From assembly GCA_029717555.1 (NCBI GenBank), contig JAMDHS010000028.1, positions 1-64,000 of the forward strand: a DNA stretch of 64,000 nucleotides, in the 5' to 3' direction. The stretch comes from Peribolospora baueri (Eukaryota). Each line of letters begins with the position of its first letter. Position 1 is the first letter of the stretch. The translations under genes were made by a program, and so were the position numbers. The notes beneath the pieces are model-generated. The model was given only the letters and a program-made list of their open reading frames with translations. It was not told the DNA's origin and ran no database searches. Below are positions 48,901-60,140 of this stretch, in pieces.

Positions 48901-51580
48901 GAACGAGGTCAGATGGCGTCGTGAGTGAGTGGGGTCCGGATAGACACAGACGTCTGGGTGACAACGAGACGTGACCTCCACTACCTGTTCACATACATAC
49001 GGTCGGACGCCGGACGCCATCCTCCGTTCCGGGCCGTTCCGTTGGCATCCATCCACATCCATCCGGCTTCCCGCCGTGGGTTGGCGGTGGCTGTCCCCTC
49101 CCTCGTCCCCCGCCCCGCGCCGGCCGCCGGCCGCCGACTGCCGGCTGGGACGGCCTTGCCTGGTTGCGCCCACCGTGGCATGGCGATTCGATTCGATTCG
49201 GTTCTTCGCCTGTCTGACCTTCGGCGCGCGTCGGCGGAGTTGCTTGCCGCTTCTCAGCTGGCTCAGCTCGCGGTGGCATGTCGTGCGTGCGTCTGTCGGG
49301 AGGGTGTGTATGTATACACGGGCTGCCCATTGCCCGTCACCTTTTTCTTCCTCCCCCCCAACGCCTCTGACGGGCGCAAGTAGGGAACCGGACCGGAGCG
49401 CATGGTCGACGGGGCAAATATAGCTCGCGTTTTTCAATGTGGAGAGCAAAAAAAAGTGGAATGAGGTCATTTTACGAGACGAGGGAAGGGCGGACGCGGG
49501 GGCGGGGGGCGCCGGGTTGCCCGGATGCGCGTGCCTGCGTCATCGACGACGCACGCGGTGCGGTGTGTTTACGTGGGGGGAGGGAAGGCTGGTCTACACA
49601 CACTGACGTCCCCCTTCGGACGGCCTGCCTCGAATCGTTAGACGTCAGAGGGCACGTCTCCTCCCGCTTCCTATCGGCTCACGCGGGCACGACGCCACCA
49701 AAGACGGCATGTGTGGAGCTTGTTTGTGTGAAGAGATTCGAGACTCGAAGGCCACCCCACCCGTGACCACGACATCGGGGTGGCCAAATCCTATTTCTCT
49801 ATCTATCTATGTATCTACCTATCGATCTATTTATCTATCCAGCTAGCTGCCATCATGCTCAATATGTTCTCTGGGGCCCCTGTAGGCTCGCCCGCGCTTC
49901 CCATGCTGCTCAGCGGGGACCGGGGATGGCGGCCATCCATCCATTTATCACGCCGCCGAGGGGATATGAGCTGCGCGTGTGGCGGGCGGGCGGGCTGGGC
50001 TGGGCGATCGATCGAGCGAGCAGACAAAAGAAGACAAAGCGAGGCAGAAACGAGGAGCGCGGCGTGCTCGGCCGGGGGTCGTTCGAAGCACGCGAGCGAG
50101 CGTGACGAAGGGGGAGAATGGAAACGGGGCGGACGGCGTGGATTGCGTCACTGGCGAGGCAAGTGTCTGTTTGGTTCCCCTTCCGTCGGCTCAGGAGCGA
50201 GCGGGCGACGATTTTTTAAGTCTGGCTGGGGGCTGGCTTGACTGGCTGGCTGGGCGCGTCGGTGGCTGAAGTCCAATTCGAACGTCCGCCCATTGTTGTC
50301 CCTTCTATTCGTTCTTTTATTTCCTCCTTACCCGCCTTTTTCCACACGTCCAATCCAATCAATCGCCTTCCGCCTCGACGTGGGTCGGCTGCGCTCCTGT
50401 TTTTCCTTTTCCTTCCCTTTTTCATTCAGCCGAGCGGGCCAGAACAAGGAAGGCAGACAGACAGACAGAGAACAACAGCCAGCGCCGGCTCGCGTCGACC
50501 CGAGTCCGACTCGCCCGCTCGCCTCGCCTCGGACGACGAACCCCCGCCAAGCCGGTCGGTCTCCGCCTCCCGCTGAGCGGCCGCCTCGTCATCATCATCA
50601 TCATCATCGCCGTCGTCGTCCGCGTCGTCGCCCGACTGCCTCCCATTCACCACTCACCATAACCCACCCCACTCCCATCGCCATCCCTCCCTCCGTCCAC
50701 ATCATCCCATCGCCCTCACGAAGCGCATTCCCCTCGACGCTCGACGCTCGACGCTCGACGTTCTACACTCCACTCCCTCGCTTCGCTGTCGTTGATCGCG
50801 ACCTGCATCCCTCTCGCCTCGCGCTCGACACCGACCCGACCCAACCGCCGTTCGAGCCTCCGCCTAACTGACCTCCACCTCGACCGCCAGACCCAGCCCA
50901 GGCCAGCTCGCCACGGCCCGGCGCTCTCTCCACCGCGTCGCCCCATCGGTCGCCTTTGTCTCGTCTTCGCCTTCGCCGCGCCTGCGCCCGCGCCCTACCC
51001 CTCTTCGACGGCACGGCGAAAAGCGAGCTCGGGCGGAAGGGACGGTCGTCGACGTCTCCTCTCGCCGCCACCGCGACTTGGACACCTACACACGCCCCCT
51101 TCCTTCCCCTGGCGACGGTTCATCTGCGACCATGGGTCGCTCCCTCTAAAGTCGTCTCCTTCGCCGTCGTTTCCCACCACCTTGCCGACCAGCGAGCGAC
51201 CCCGACCCGCCGTTTTTTTGCGCCTTTCGCGCGCGTCTGCCACCTCCCTCGGCTGTGCCCGGCCCATTCCAGCTGTCCTACACGACGATCCTCCCTTGAC
51301 GACGCCGTTCGACCACTAGGATCCGGCTTGACTTGGTCCACACCGCTCATATCCATCCCCCTTCCCCCATCCGCACCTTGTTCATCCCCGCCGCTCGAGG
51401 TGCGTTTGCCCTCGCGTCTTCGGTGCTTTTCCGATGATCGACGCGTTGACCTTGACCCCCCGTTCCGCCCGTTCCGCCCACTACTCAGCCCCAGCCGGTT
51501 GAGAAAGGAGAGTGACGCTCCGGCGAGTGCTGTGGACGACGGATCGTTCAACAGCAAGACAGGCAGCAGGTCGAGTGGAG

Positions 51581-52676
51581 ATGACGCTGCAGGCGCCACC
51601 AACAACACAGCCCCTTGTCAACGCTCACGACAAGACCGCCTCTGGCGCCCCCGCCCCCGCCCCCGCCGCCATCATCGTCAACCACCCGCTGGAGCAACCG
51701 CTCGGAGCGCTACCCGCTTCGGCCGCCCCCCTCGAACACCCCTATCTCTCCCGACTCGTCGTCGCCGTCGACCAGGACCGTGCGTGCGACGCTCGCTCCT
51801 CTTCCTCCTCCCTCTCCCTCGGCCGTTCCGACGGCTCCGGCGACCCTCGCCCCGTCGTCGGCCAAGGCGCCTACTATCTCGACGACTTCACCTCCTCGCC
51901 CTCCGACTGCTCCAGCCGCGGCAGTTTCTCCACCTTCTCATCCACCTCCGCGCCGTCTGCCTCTCCGGGCGTCGGCGCTCCTTCCCTTCCCCTCCCGCAC
52001 CCGCCCTCGTTCGAAGCCGAGCAGATGCCTACCGGCTCCAAGGACTGGAGAGGCAATCCCGAAATGTGGCCTACGTCCACCCGGTACACGGCCTCATCGT
52101 GGGCCAAGGATCGCGCGGGAGGGGCGGCGAGAGCGGGCGTCAGATGGAGCAGTAGTACGGTGAGTACGATGAGCTCGGCCAGTCTGAGGAGCTCGACGAT
52201 GAGCATGGCTAGCGTGAGCACCACGAGTTCCGCCGCTTCCACCACGGCCGCCTCCAATCCGAGTAGTCAGGATACGGCGCCCGTCGAAGGCTCCCCCGTC
52301 CTCTCCTCCGGCCCCTTTCCTGGAGACCCAGGTGGCGGCGGCCGCTCCCAACGTGACTCGTCGTCCAGGTCGTACTTTTCCAACCTTTGGCTCGACCGCG
52401 GTGCCGCTGGTTACGACGGCCAACAACCCGACTGCTCCGTCTCCACGCCCATCTCGCCGCCGGCACTGCCTTTTCTCGATCACCGTCCCGCACCTCCAGA
52501 GACAGATATGACGCTCGAGACGACCGAGACGATGTACACCCTTGTCACCCGTTTACCGGGCTTCCAGCTCGAGTGTATCACGCTGGCGACGAAGCATCAC
52601 CGTACGTTGCACGTCGTCGCCGACAAGTGGGAGAAGGACGGCGGAGGTGAGTGTCCATACAGACGGGTCCAGCGCT

Positions 52677-52724
<48 letters not shown>

Positions 52725-52975
52725 CTTTTTGATCCGTTGACTGAACGGCCGCGCTCTCTTCTCTATCAGGCCACTTCGAACGTCGCATCACCTTCGGGAC
52801 CGACGCCGAAATGTCGGCGATCAAGGCCGAGTTCGACGGCGGTGTACTCAAGGTTTTCGTTCCTCGCCGTGTCGCTAGCGCTTCGACCGCAGAGCCCGGC
52901 GGCCAGCGTAATGGCGGCCGTGACGGCGCGACGTCGCCTTCGGCCGCATGGTCCTCAGCAGGGCCAGGACGCTGA
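51581..52975 (+). CDS. HSP20-like (alpha-crystallin domain) protein with long low-complexity N-terminus, 2 exons
   Basis: C-terminal segment YTLVTRLPGFQLECITLATKHHRTLHVVADKWEKDGG|GHFERRITFGTDAEMSAIKAEFDGGVLKVFVPR, matching the A-x-F-x-x-G-V-L ACD motif. Confidence 0.75.
52680..52718 (+). repeat. (CT)n microsatellite in the intron of the HSP20-like gene
   Basis: Uninterrupted CT dinucleotide run of about 39 bp. Confidence 0.95.
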
Positions 52976-53882
52976 GTGCGTTCCGAGATGCGCGTCCAAG
53001 GTCCGATGGCGACGTGCCGCTGGTCCTCCTACATCGGTGTCCCCCGCCGTTTACCTTGCACCACTCTATTCTAGCAGTTCTCCATTCCGCATTTCTTCCC
53101 CATCACCGGATCCGGCCCACAACTGTAGCTCATAGGCCCCCTCTCATACCACTGACCCTTGCATGATCCCTCTCTTACTTCTCTCGCCTCTCGACCCGGA
53201 TTCGCGTTCGCGTTCGACCGGTCGATTTTCGCCGCGCACGTCGTCGTCGTCGTCGGGAAGGGAACGGATCGCACCGAGTTTTCGTCAGCGTCGTCGAACC
53301 CCTCCGCCATCTCTCGCCCTCGCCCGTTCGTCCCTTCCTCGCCTCTGTGGCGATTCGTTCGCGTTCCTCCGCGTTTTCCCGGCTCTCCCTTCCTCCCGCA
53401 CGCGCTTTTCATCTCCCTTTTTTCGCTCGTACAGTACAGTTGAATCCCCGTCCGCGCTGTTTCCCTCATCCCTCTCCCCGCTCATGTCTGTTCACCGTCC
53501 GCTCGTAGTCCCCCGTCCTCGTAACGTCCGCGCTGTCGCCCCCGTTTGTTCGGTCGTTCGTATCGTTGAGTGCTGCGTACGAGTCTTTTTGTCATCCCAT
53601 TTCAAAACTCGATGCGAATGCATTCGTCCTCCACCGACATGAGCGGCCTCCTGGCCTCCCGTTTTGCCTTGAATTGACGTGGCTGGAGCTCGCCGCAGTA
53701 TCGTGTCACGACGCGACGCGTTGAGTGAAGGTGGAGGTGATCGGCCGTCGGCTTCTCATGCTGAGCTTGGGCGAACCCCGGGACGCACACTTCGCTCTTC
53801 GCTCTTCCACATCTTGGTGGGTCCTTTCTTGTATCTAATCCCCCCCCCCCAACCCCCCCCTCCCCCCCCGTCCTTCCCGAAA

Positions 53883-56800
53883 ATGGACGCTCGGTTTCGC
53901 AAGTACACCCGCTGCGTCGTCACCGCCGTGGAGGAGGGCATGGGCGACAAGTGCGGACGGAGGGGTTGGGAAAAGGTGAGAATGTCGATCTTTGCCCGGA
54001 TCATCACCTCACTTGACATCGCCTCCACGATGCTGATTGTCGACGCGCCTCCGCAGCACCTATCTTTGACCGTCGAGCGCACGGGTGAAACAAGGGCGGC
54101 GGTGCTTTGTGACGAATGGACGCAGACGGACGCTGGTGTTGGTGGGTCGCCCTTCGCGGCCTCCTCTAGAGCACTTGGGAGGCGTCCCTTCACTGACGCT
54201 TCGCATATGGGTGGGTTTTTGCACAGGCGACGTCGTCCATATCATTGGCGATTTCACCCCGTCGCCGCCCGGTGACACGCCCGCTCGTCCACCCACCGTC
54301 GTCCTCTCCTCAAGCCCTCACTTGCCTCCAGCGTTGCTCATTCTCCACCCCGACGTCCTCGTCAGCGCCACAAAGGTCTCCGACATTGCCATGTGCATGC
54401 GCAAGCCGCTGATACAGGAAAAGTTGCGCACCGGACCCGGTTCCGAAGTTAGCGAGGCCGTCGTGTGGGGCATCATGCTTCACGAGGTACTCCAGGCGTG
54501 CCTCCGCGGCGGTGACGTCCCTTCATCGGACGTGAAAACGGATGCGCTGGACTCTACCCTCTCCGACTCGCCCTTCAACTTTTCCCCCGCCTTTGTCGAA
54601 TATCAGATCGGCTTGCAGATCGCCGCGCACTTGGATAGCTTGTTTTCCATCGGCGTCGACGTTGAAGAAGCTAGAGTCAAGATGAGGGAGAAGGCCGCAC
54701 CGTTTGCGCGCTTCGCCGAAGTGTACGTCCCGGGCGGGGATGAGGAGCCCAAGGTCAGACTCAATTGTTCGCTGGTTCCTAGTCATTCGCAGCTGTCCTG
54801 TGTACCCTTTTTTGACTCCATCTTCCGCCCCTCCTTTCTCGTTTCAGCACGACGCCGTTCTAGTGGATGCGAGGACGACGGATCGCTCCCGCGCGCGGCT
54901 CAGCATCTCCGGTTTGCACGACATTGAAGAGGACATCTGGAGTCCCATGTACGGTCTCAAGGGCAAGATCGACGCTAGCGTGCGGTGCGTCGTCGTCGAA
55001 GCCGTCGATCCGCAGACCGCCGCCGCCGCCGACAAACCCCGAGGCCGGACTGGGGATGTCGTACGAAAAAAGGTCGTGAGCATGCCTCTGGAGATCAAGA
55101 CAGGAAGAAGCATTAACGTCATGGAACACCGCGCTCAGACGATGCTCTACACGCTCATGATGTCCGACCGCTACGGTGAGTCGGCCAGCGGCGCCCACCA
55201 CGCCTTTCACCCATTGACGCATTATTCGCTTTTTCGCATCTTGTCGGCTCGGCTCGGCTGACGACGGCGCTGACAGGCACGGATGTCGACGCGGGTCTCC
55301 TATACTATTCGCAATCCGGAGAGCTCCACAGGGTCCCGCGCTCGCGGAACGAGGTACGTGGGCTCATCATCGGTCGCAACGAAATGGCGGCGTATTTGTT
55401 GCCCAGCAAACGGGCTGACAGGTCAACGCCGACGAGCGCGAGCGCGAACGTGAGCGCGAACGTGGACGGGGATGTGGACGTGGATTTGGACTTGGACATG
55501 GACATGGAATTTTACGGAGAAATTACAAGCTCTGGCAATTTCGTGGAGACACAGACACAGGCCAGGTCTGTCCTACCCCCGACGATCGACAGACCGCATG
55601 CGTGCCGGAAATGCTACGCCGTCGACGGGTGCATGTTGTACAAGCGCGTGCGTCTCTCGTCCTATGCCCTTTTTCTCCCTTAGCTCAGCCGCAACGCTGA
55701 CGTTTCCCGCATCATCGACCCCCTACGCAGGCGGTCGAGGACGCCGAGGACGACAGATCTCCCATCTCTGAGATATATCAGCAAAAGACGGGCCACCTTA
55801 CCGTCCGGCATCGTGCCTTCTTCAAAAAGTGGGAGGAGCTCATCAGTTTGGAGCAGGAAGACGCCGTTCGATTTCGGAAGGAGCTTTGGACGTTGACGGC
55901 CGAGGAGCGCCAGCGGACTGGAAGGTGAGTCATCTCCTCCAGGATGGGATGCGTGGTTGTGTTCTGCTTGTTGATCGTCATACGGTGGGTGGGTGGCGGG
56001 TGCGGGATGACAGGTGTTTCGCGAACATGGTCATCGACTATGGTTTCCGCCAGGCGAGCGCGGCGGACGCGCAAATCCATCGCTACACGTACAAGTTCGT
56101 TCCAAGACTCCCGCCGTCTTCGACGCTTACCCCCGCGTCGGCGCAGTCCTTGCTGAACGGACACATTGTCCAAGGTGACCCGGTCACCGTCTCGGTTGAG
56201 CCGCACCTTCTCGCCATTGCTCGCGGCTTTGTCCTTGAGCTGACGCCGCATCACGTCGTGATTGGCGTTGACCATCCGCTCTCTAGTATGAGCTCGAAAG
56301 CGGTCGACAAAGACTTGGAATCCCTCCCGGTCCTCCAAGCTTCTCGGCCTTTTGACCCGCGGACCGTGTTCCGAGTAGACCGAGATGAGCTCTCCGCGGG
56401 CATGGGCCGCATTCGAGAGAATCTGGCACACCTCTTCTACGCCGACGATCTCGGCGATCACGTTCGACGCCGGCTGATCGTCGACCTCGAAGCGCCGAGG
56501 TTCGACGACGGTGCGGACGGGCGCTGCGATGGGACGCTCGAGGAGGATATGCCGGCCCATCTGAACGACGACCAGAGGGAAGCGATGCGCAAGGTCCTGC
56601 GCGCTAAGGACTACGCTCTTATCCTCGGCATGCCCGGCACTGGAAAGACGACGACGATCGCAGAGATCATCCGAATGCTCCGGCGCAAGGGCAGGAGCGT
56701 GTTGCTCACCAGCTACACGCACTCTGCCGTGGACAACATTCTGCTCAAGTTGAAAGACGTGCCCGACCTTGGCATCCTGCGGCTCGGAAACGTGGACAAG

Positions 56801-58664
56801 GTGAGCAAGTCAAAGAGCAACTGGCCTTTGATTTTCGACGCGCAGGTCAAGGTAGTCTAATGTCGGCCTCGCCCTTTCAGATCCATCCCGATATTGTTCA
56901 GTACACTCTTGGATACGACCAGCCAGCGAAGAACCTTACCCAGCTGGAACACCAACTTATGTCTCCGCCCGTCGTGGCCACCACTTGCTTGACCATCAAC
57001 CAGTGAGTTGGGACCTTGAGATCGGGCTCATCTCACATTCTCCTCACCGACTCTTTGCTTCCCCGCCGTCTTCGACCAGCGCTCTGTTCACCCGCCGCCG
57101 CTTCGATTACTGCATCGTAGACGAAGCGTCACAAATCACCCTCCCCACCTGTCTCGGTCCGTTGCGATTCGCTGACGTCTTCGTCCTCGTTGGCGACCAC
57201 TTTCAGCTCCCCCCTCTTGTGCGAAACCCGTCCGCTCGAGCGGGTGGCCTCGAGGTCAGCTTGTTTAAGCTTCTGTCCGACGCAGCGGAAACTCCAGAGC
57301 GCACGGATACGGAGAACCCGGTGGTCCACCTCAGCGCCCAATACCGCATGTGCGACGACATCATGGGTCTCAGCAACCGCTTGATCTACGGAGATCGGCT
57401 GAGGTGCGGAAGTGAAGACGTCCGGAAAAGGTCGATGCGTCTAGAGAGGCTGCCTCAGTTGGTCGGCGAATTGGTCGGCGACTTGCACCTCGAGAGTGAT
57501 AAGAGAGTCACTATGTGCTCAAATAGTTGCTGGGTCAAAAGGGTGCTTTCGGAAGAGTGAGTGCTGCAGCGGCAGGGCGATATCTCCGTCACGAACACTT
57601 TTTGTTGACTCGATGTCGTCTGATCGTGTCCGACAGCACCAAGGTGGTCTTCCTCGACACTGACCTTCTCCCCGCGCACGACTCGCGCGTGGGTGATCTC
57701 GTCCAGAACGAGCTGGAGGCAGAGCTGGTCTTTCAGGTGGGCATTCGCGTTCGCCTCTTCTCGTCGGCGGCGACCTTGTTGAACCGTCCCCCCTCCTTCT
57801 TCTTTCCTTGTATTCCTCCAGGCGACGCAAGCGTTGCTCCTAGCGGGCGCCCGAGAATCCGACATCGGGATCATCACCCCGTATCGCCAGCAGATCAAGT
57901 ATTTAGCTCATCTTTTTGGCCGCGCACACAAGGTGCCAGGGATGGCCTCACCGACGTCCAATTCTCAGCGTTACGGTGAGAACCTGCCGAGAGCAGAGCA
58001 GATCCCAGAGGAGGAAGTGAAAGAGAGCACGTCAGCAAAGTCGGGTGTGGAGATTTTCACCGCCGATCGAAGTCAAGGTCGGGACAAGGAGTGTATTATC
58101 ATATCCCTCGTCAGGTCCAACTCGCAAGGACAAGTGAGTTGCCCGGTTTCGTACTGGGTCATTCTGCGCTTTGCTCACTCTGCGCTCACCGCCCCGTCGC
58201 CGCCCGGTCGCGTTTAGGTCGGCGAACTCTTGCGAGACTGGCGCCGCTTGAACGTCAGCTTCACCCGTGCACGGTCTAAACTCATCATCATCGGCTCCAA
58301 GTCTACTTTGTCTTCCGCCGACGCGTCGGCCAAACCATCGGACCGCCCTGCCGTGCTCCGAGACTTTCTCGACCTGTTGGAACAGAAGGGCTGGGTCTAC
58401 GCTCTGCCGAAAGGGGCCATCGAAGCGCATGCCGAGCTGCTCGGAGGCCAACTGCGCCTTGCGAAAGCGGAGCCTCCCGAACTGTGGGGCATCAGCTGCC
58501 CCACTTCCTCACCGCCGTCGGCGGGGAAAGAGAACGTCAACCTGTGCAAGCGGCCATCAAACGAGAAACGCACGCTGGACGCTGCGAAGAAAGCCAAGAT
58601 CGGTGAAGGAGCGCTGCTGAACGGCCGACCGCTTCTCAGGGACGTTGTCAACGAGTTGAAGTGA
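53883..58664 (+). CDS. DNA2: DNA replication helicase/nuclease Dna2, multi-exon
   Basis: LILHPDVLVSATKVSDIAMCMRK, nuclease motifs IEEDIWSPMYGLKGKIDAS and PLEIKTG, EHRAQTMLY, Fe-S cysteines CRKCYAVDGC, Walker A GMPGTGKTT, DEASQ, LVGDHFQLPP, TADRSQGRDK and DWRRLNVSFTRAR. The start is uncertain. Confidence 0.95.
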
Positions 58665-59574
58665 AGAAAGCTCTGACTTGATTTACCACATGTACTGTAT
58701 CTAGACGTCGCCCAGCTTGTCTGTCTGTCGCCTTTCGCTTGTGTATCATCTCCCTCGAGGTCCAGGTGACGCGTTAATAAAGATGTGTACAATAGTCGGA
58801 CCGGGAAGCACGGCACCAACGATCGTGAGACTTTCCCGTACCGCAGTTCTCAGGTGGCCCGAGCGCAGCTGTCCTCGAGCAACGACGGCGCTCAGGCTCC
58901 CATCGTTTGACCGCCATAACCTCCAAGCCAGCCTCTCTCCCATGAATAGCCTGTCCAGTCTACGCCCGTCCAGTCCACGCACAACGATGACGGGGTTTGC
59001 TGAATCAGGCATCCTTTCCCACGACGGGGCGACCTTGTGATTTGAGGCACGGGCCGACCGCATGCGAAGGCTGCGTGGAGGTTGTTCATCTCACGGCGAG
59101 GCGTCTTCGTAAGAGCCCGCGTCGCCTCGTAGCAGTTGGGGCTTTCGGCAGCTTCATGCGGACCGACGGACCTTCTTTTTGTAGGGCCCTCGATGCCATT
59201 CTTTAATCCTTGCTTGCTGGGTAGAGGTGCTCTTTGATCGGAGATTTATTACAATCGGCCTTCGCGTTCGGCTGTGGGGTTCCGTCTCAGCAGTGCACCA
59301 ACTAGCATCTCCATCTCCAGATGCTCCCTTCAGCCACCCACTTTACTCACAACTCGAGAGTTGCATGCTAACGGCCGTGTCCCAGTTCTCTTTGACAAGA
59401 TCAGGGATGCCCCACAAAAACCGTTTCCCCGCAACTTTTTCTCATTGAAGGCATTCCAGGGATCCGTTAGGAGGTCCGACAACGATAGGGCCACCTCAGT
59501 CTCATCGATCGCGCTGTATCCAAGCGCACGACGAAAGGTTGTTGGAGGAGAGGCTGCTTCAAGGTGGGGAAGGC

Positions 59575-59859
59575 GGGGCTGGCGGAAGATGGGTGTGCCA
59601 GTCGGCCATCGGCGAAGAGCAACCATGTCATCCCTTCTCCACAGGTCGGCATATCTCGTCGACGACATGTCGAGCGACCGGTGCGCAGAAATTTGAGAAT
59701 GTGGAGGTCGGTCGCCGGGGCTGGCGGAAGATGGGTGTGCCAGTCAGCCATCAGCGGAGAGCAACCATGTCATCCCTTCTCCACAGGTCGGCGTATCTCG
59801 TCGACGACGATGTCGCGCGACTGTCGCGCAGAAATGTGAGAATGTGGAGGTCAGTCGCC
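59575..59859 (+). repeat. Direct tandem duplication, 2 x about 142 bp, non-coding
   Basis: ggggctggcggaagatgggtgtgccagtc occurs at 59575 and 59717. ctccacaggtcggc occurs at 59637 and 59779. The copies differ by scattered substitutions and a 1-nt indel. Confidence 0.95.
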
Positions 59860-59915
59860 GGCATGACTTGGGGTCGCAATCCATTTTTGTGGAGAAGAAG
59901 ACTCGCCGCCCTCCC

Positions 59916-59922
59916 TATATAA
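59916..59922 (+). promoter_or_regulatory. TATA box of the alcohol oxidase gene
   Basis: TATATAA about 220 bp upstream of the ATG at 60141. A probable 5'UTR intron (GTGAGC near 60045 to CAG at 60123) lies between them. Confidence 0.6.
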
Positions 59923-60140
59923 TGTCGGACTCAGCGCGGCTTGCTGACGCTTCCCTTTTCCATCTGTCCTCAGAAATCTGTGTGACTCCCTCACTTTCCC
60001 TGCTCCAGATCTACCCAGTTGACGCATCACTTCATCTCCTGACTGTGAGCTGAACATTGAATGCGATAGCGTTGAAGGTCTCTGGGTGTTGACCGTTGTC
60101 TCTTTGTCTTTTCCTCCCTGCAGTTCTTCCTACTGTCATC

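Noticed and set aside
59227..59922. ORFs overlapping the 142-bp duplication, and a CRISPR-like or LTR reading of the repeat
   Set aside because: The two copies are directly adjacent with no spacers or internal element. The ORFs have no recognisable motifs and lie in the AOX promoter.
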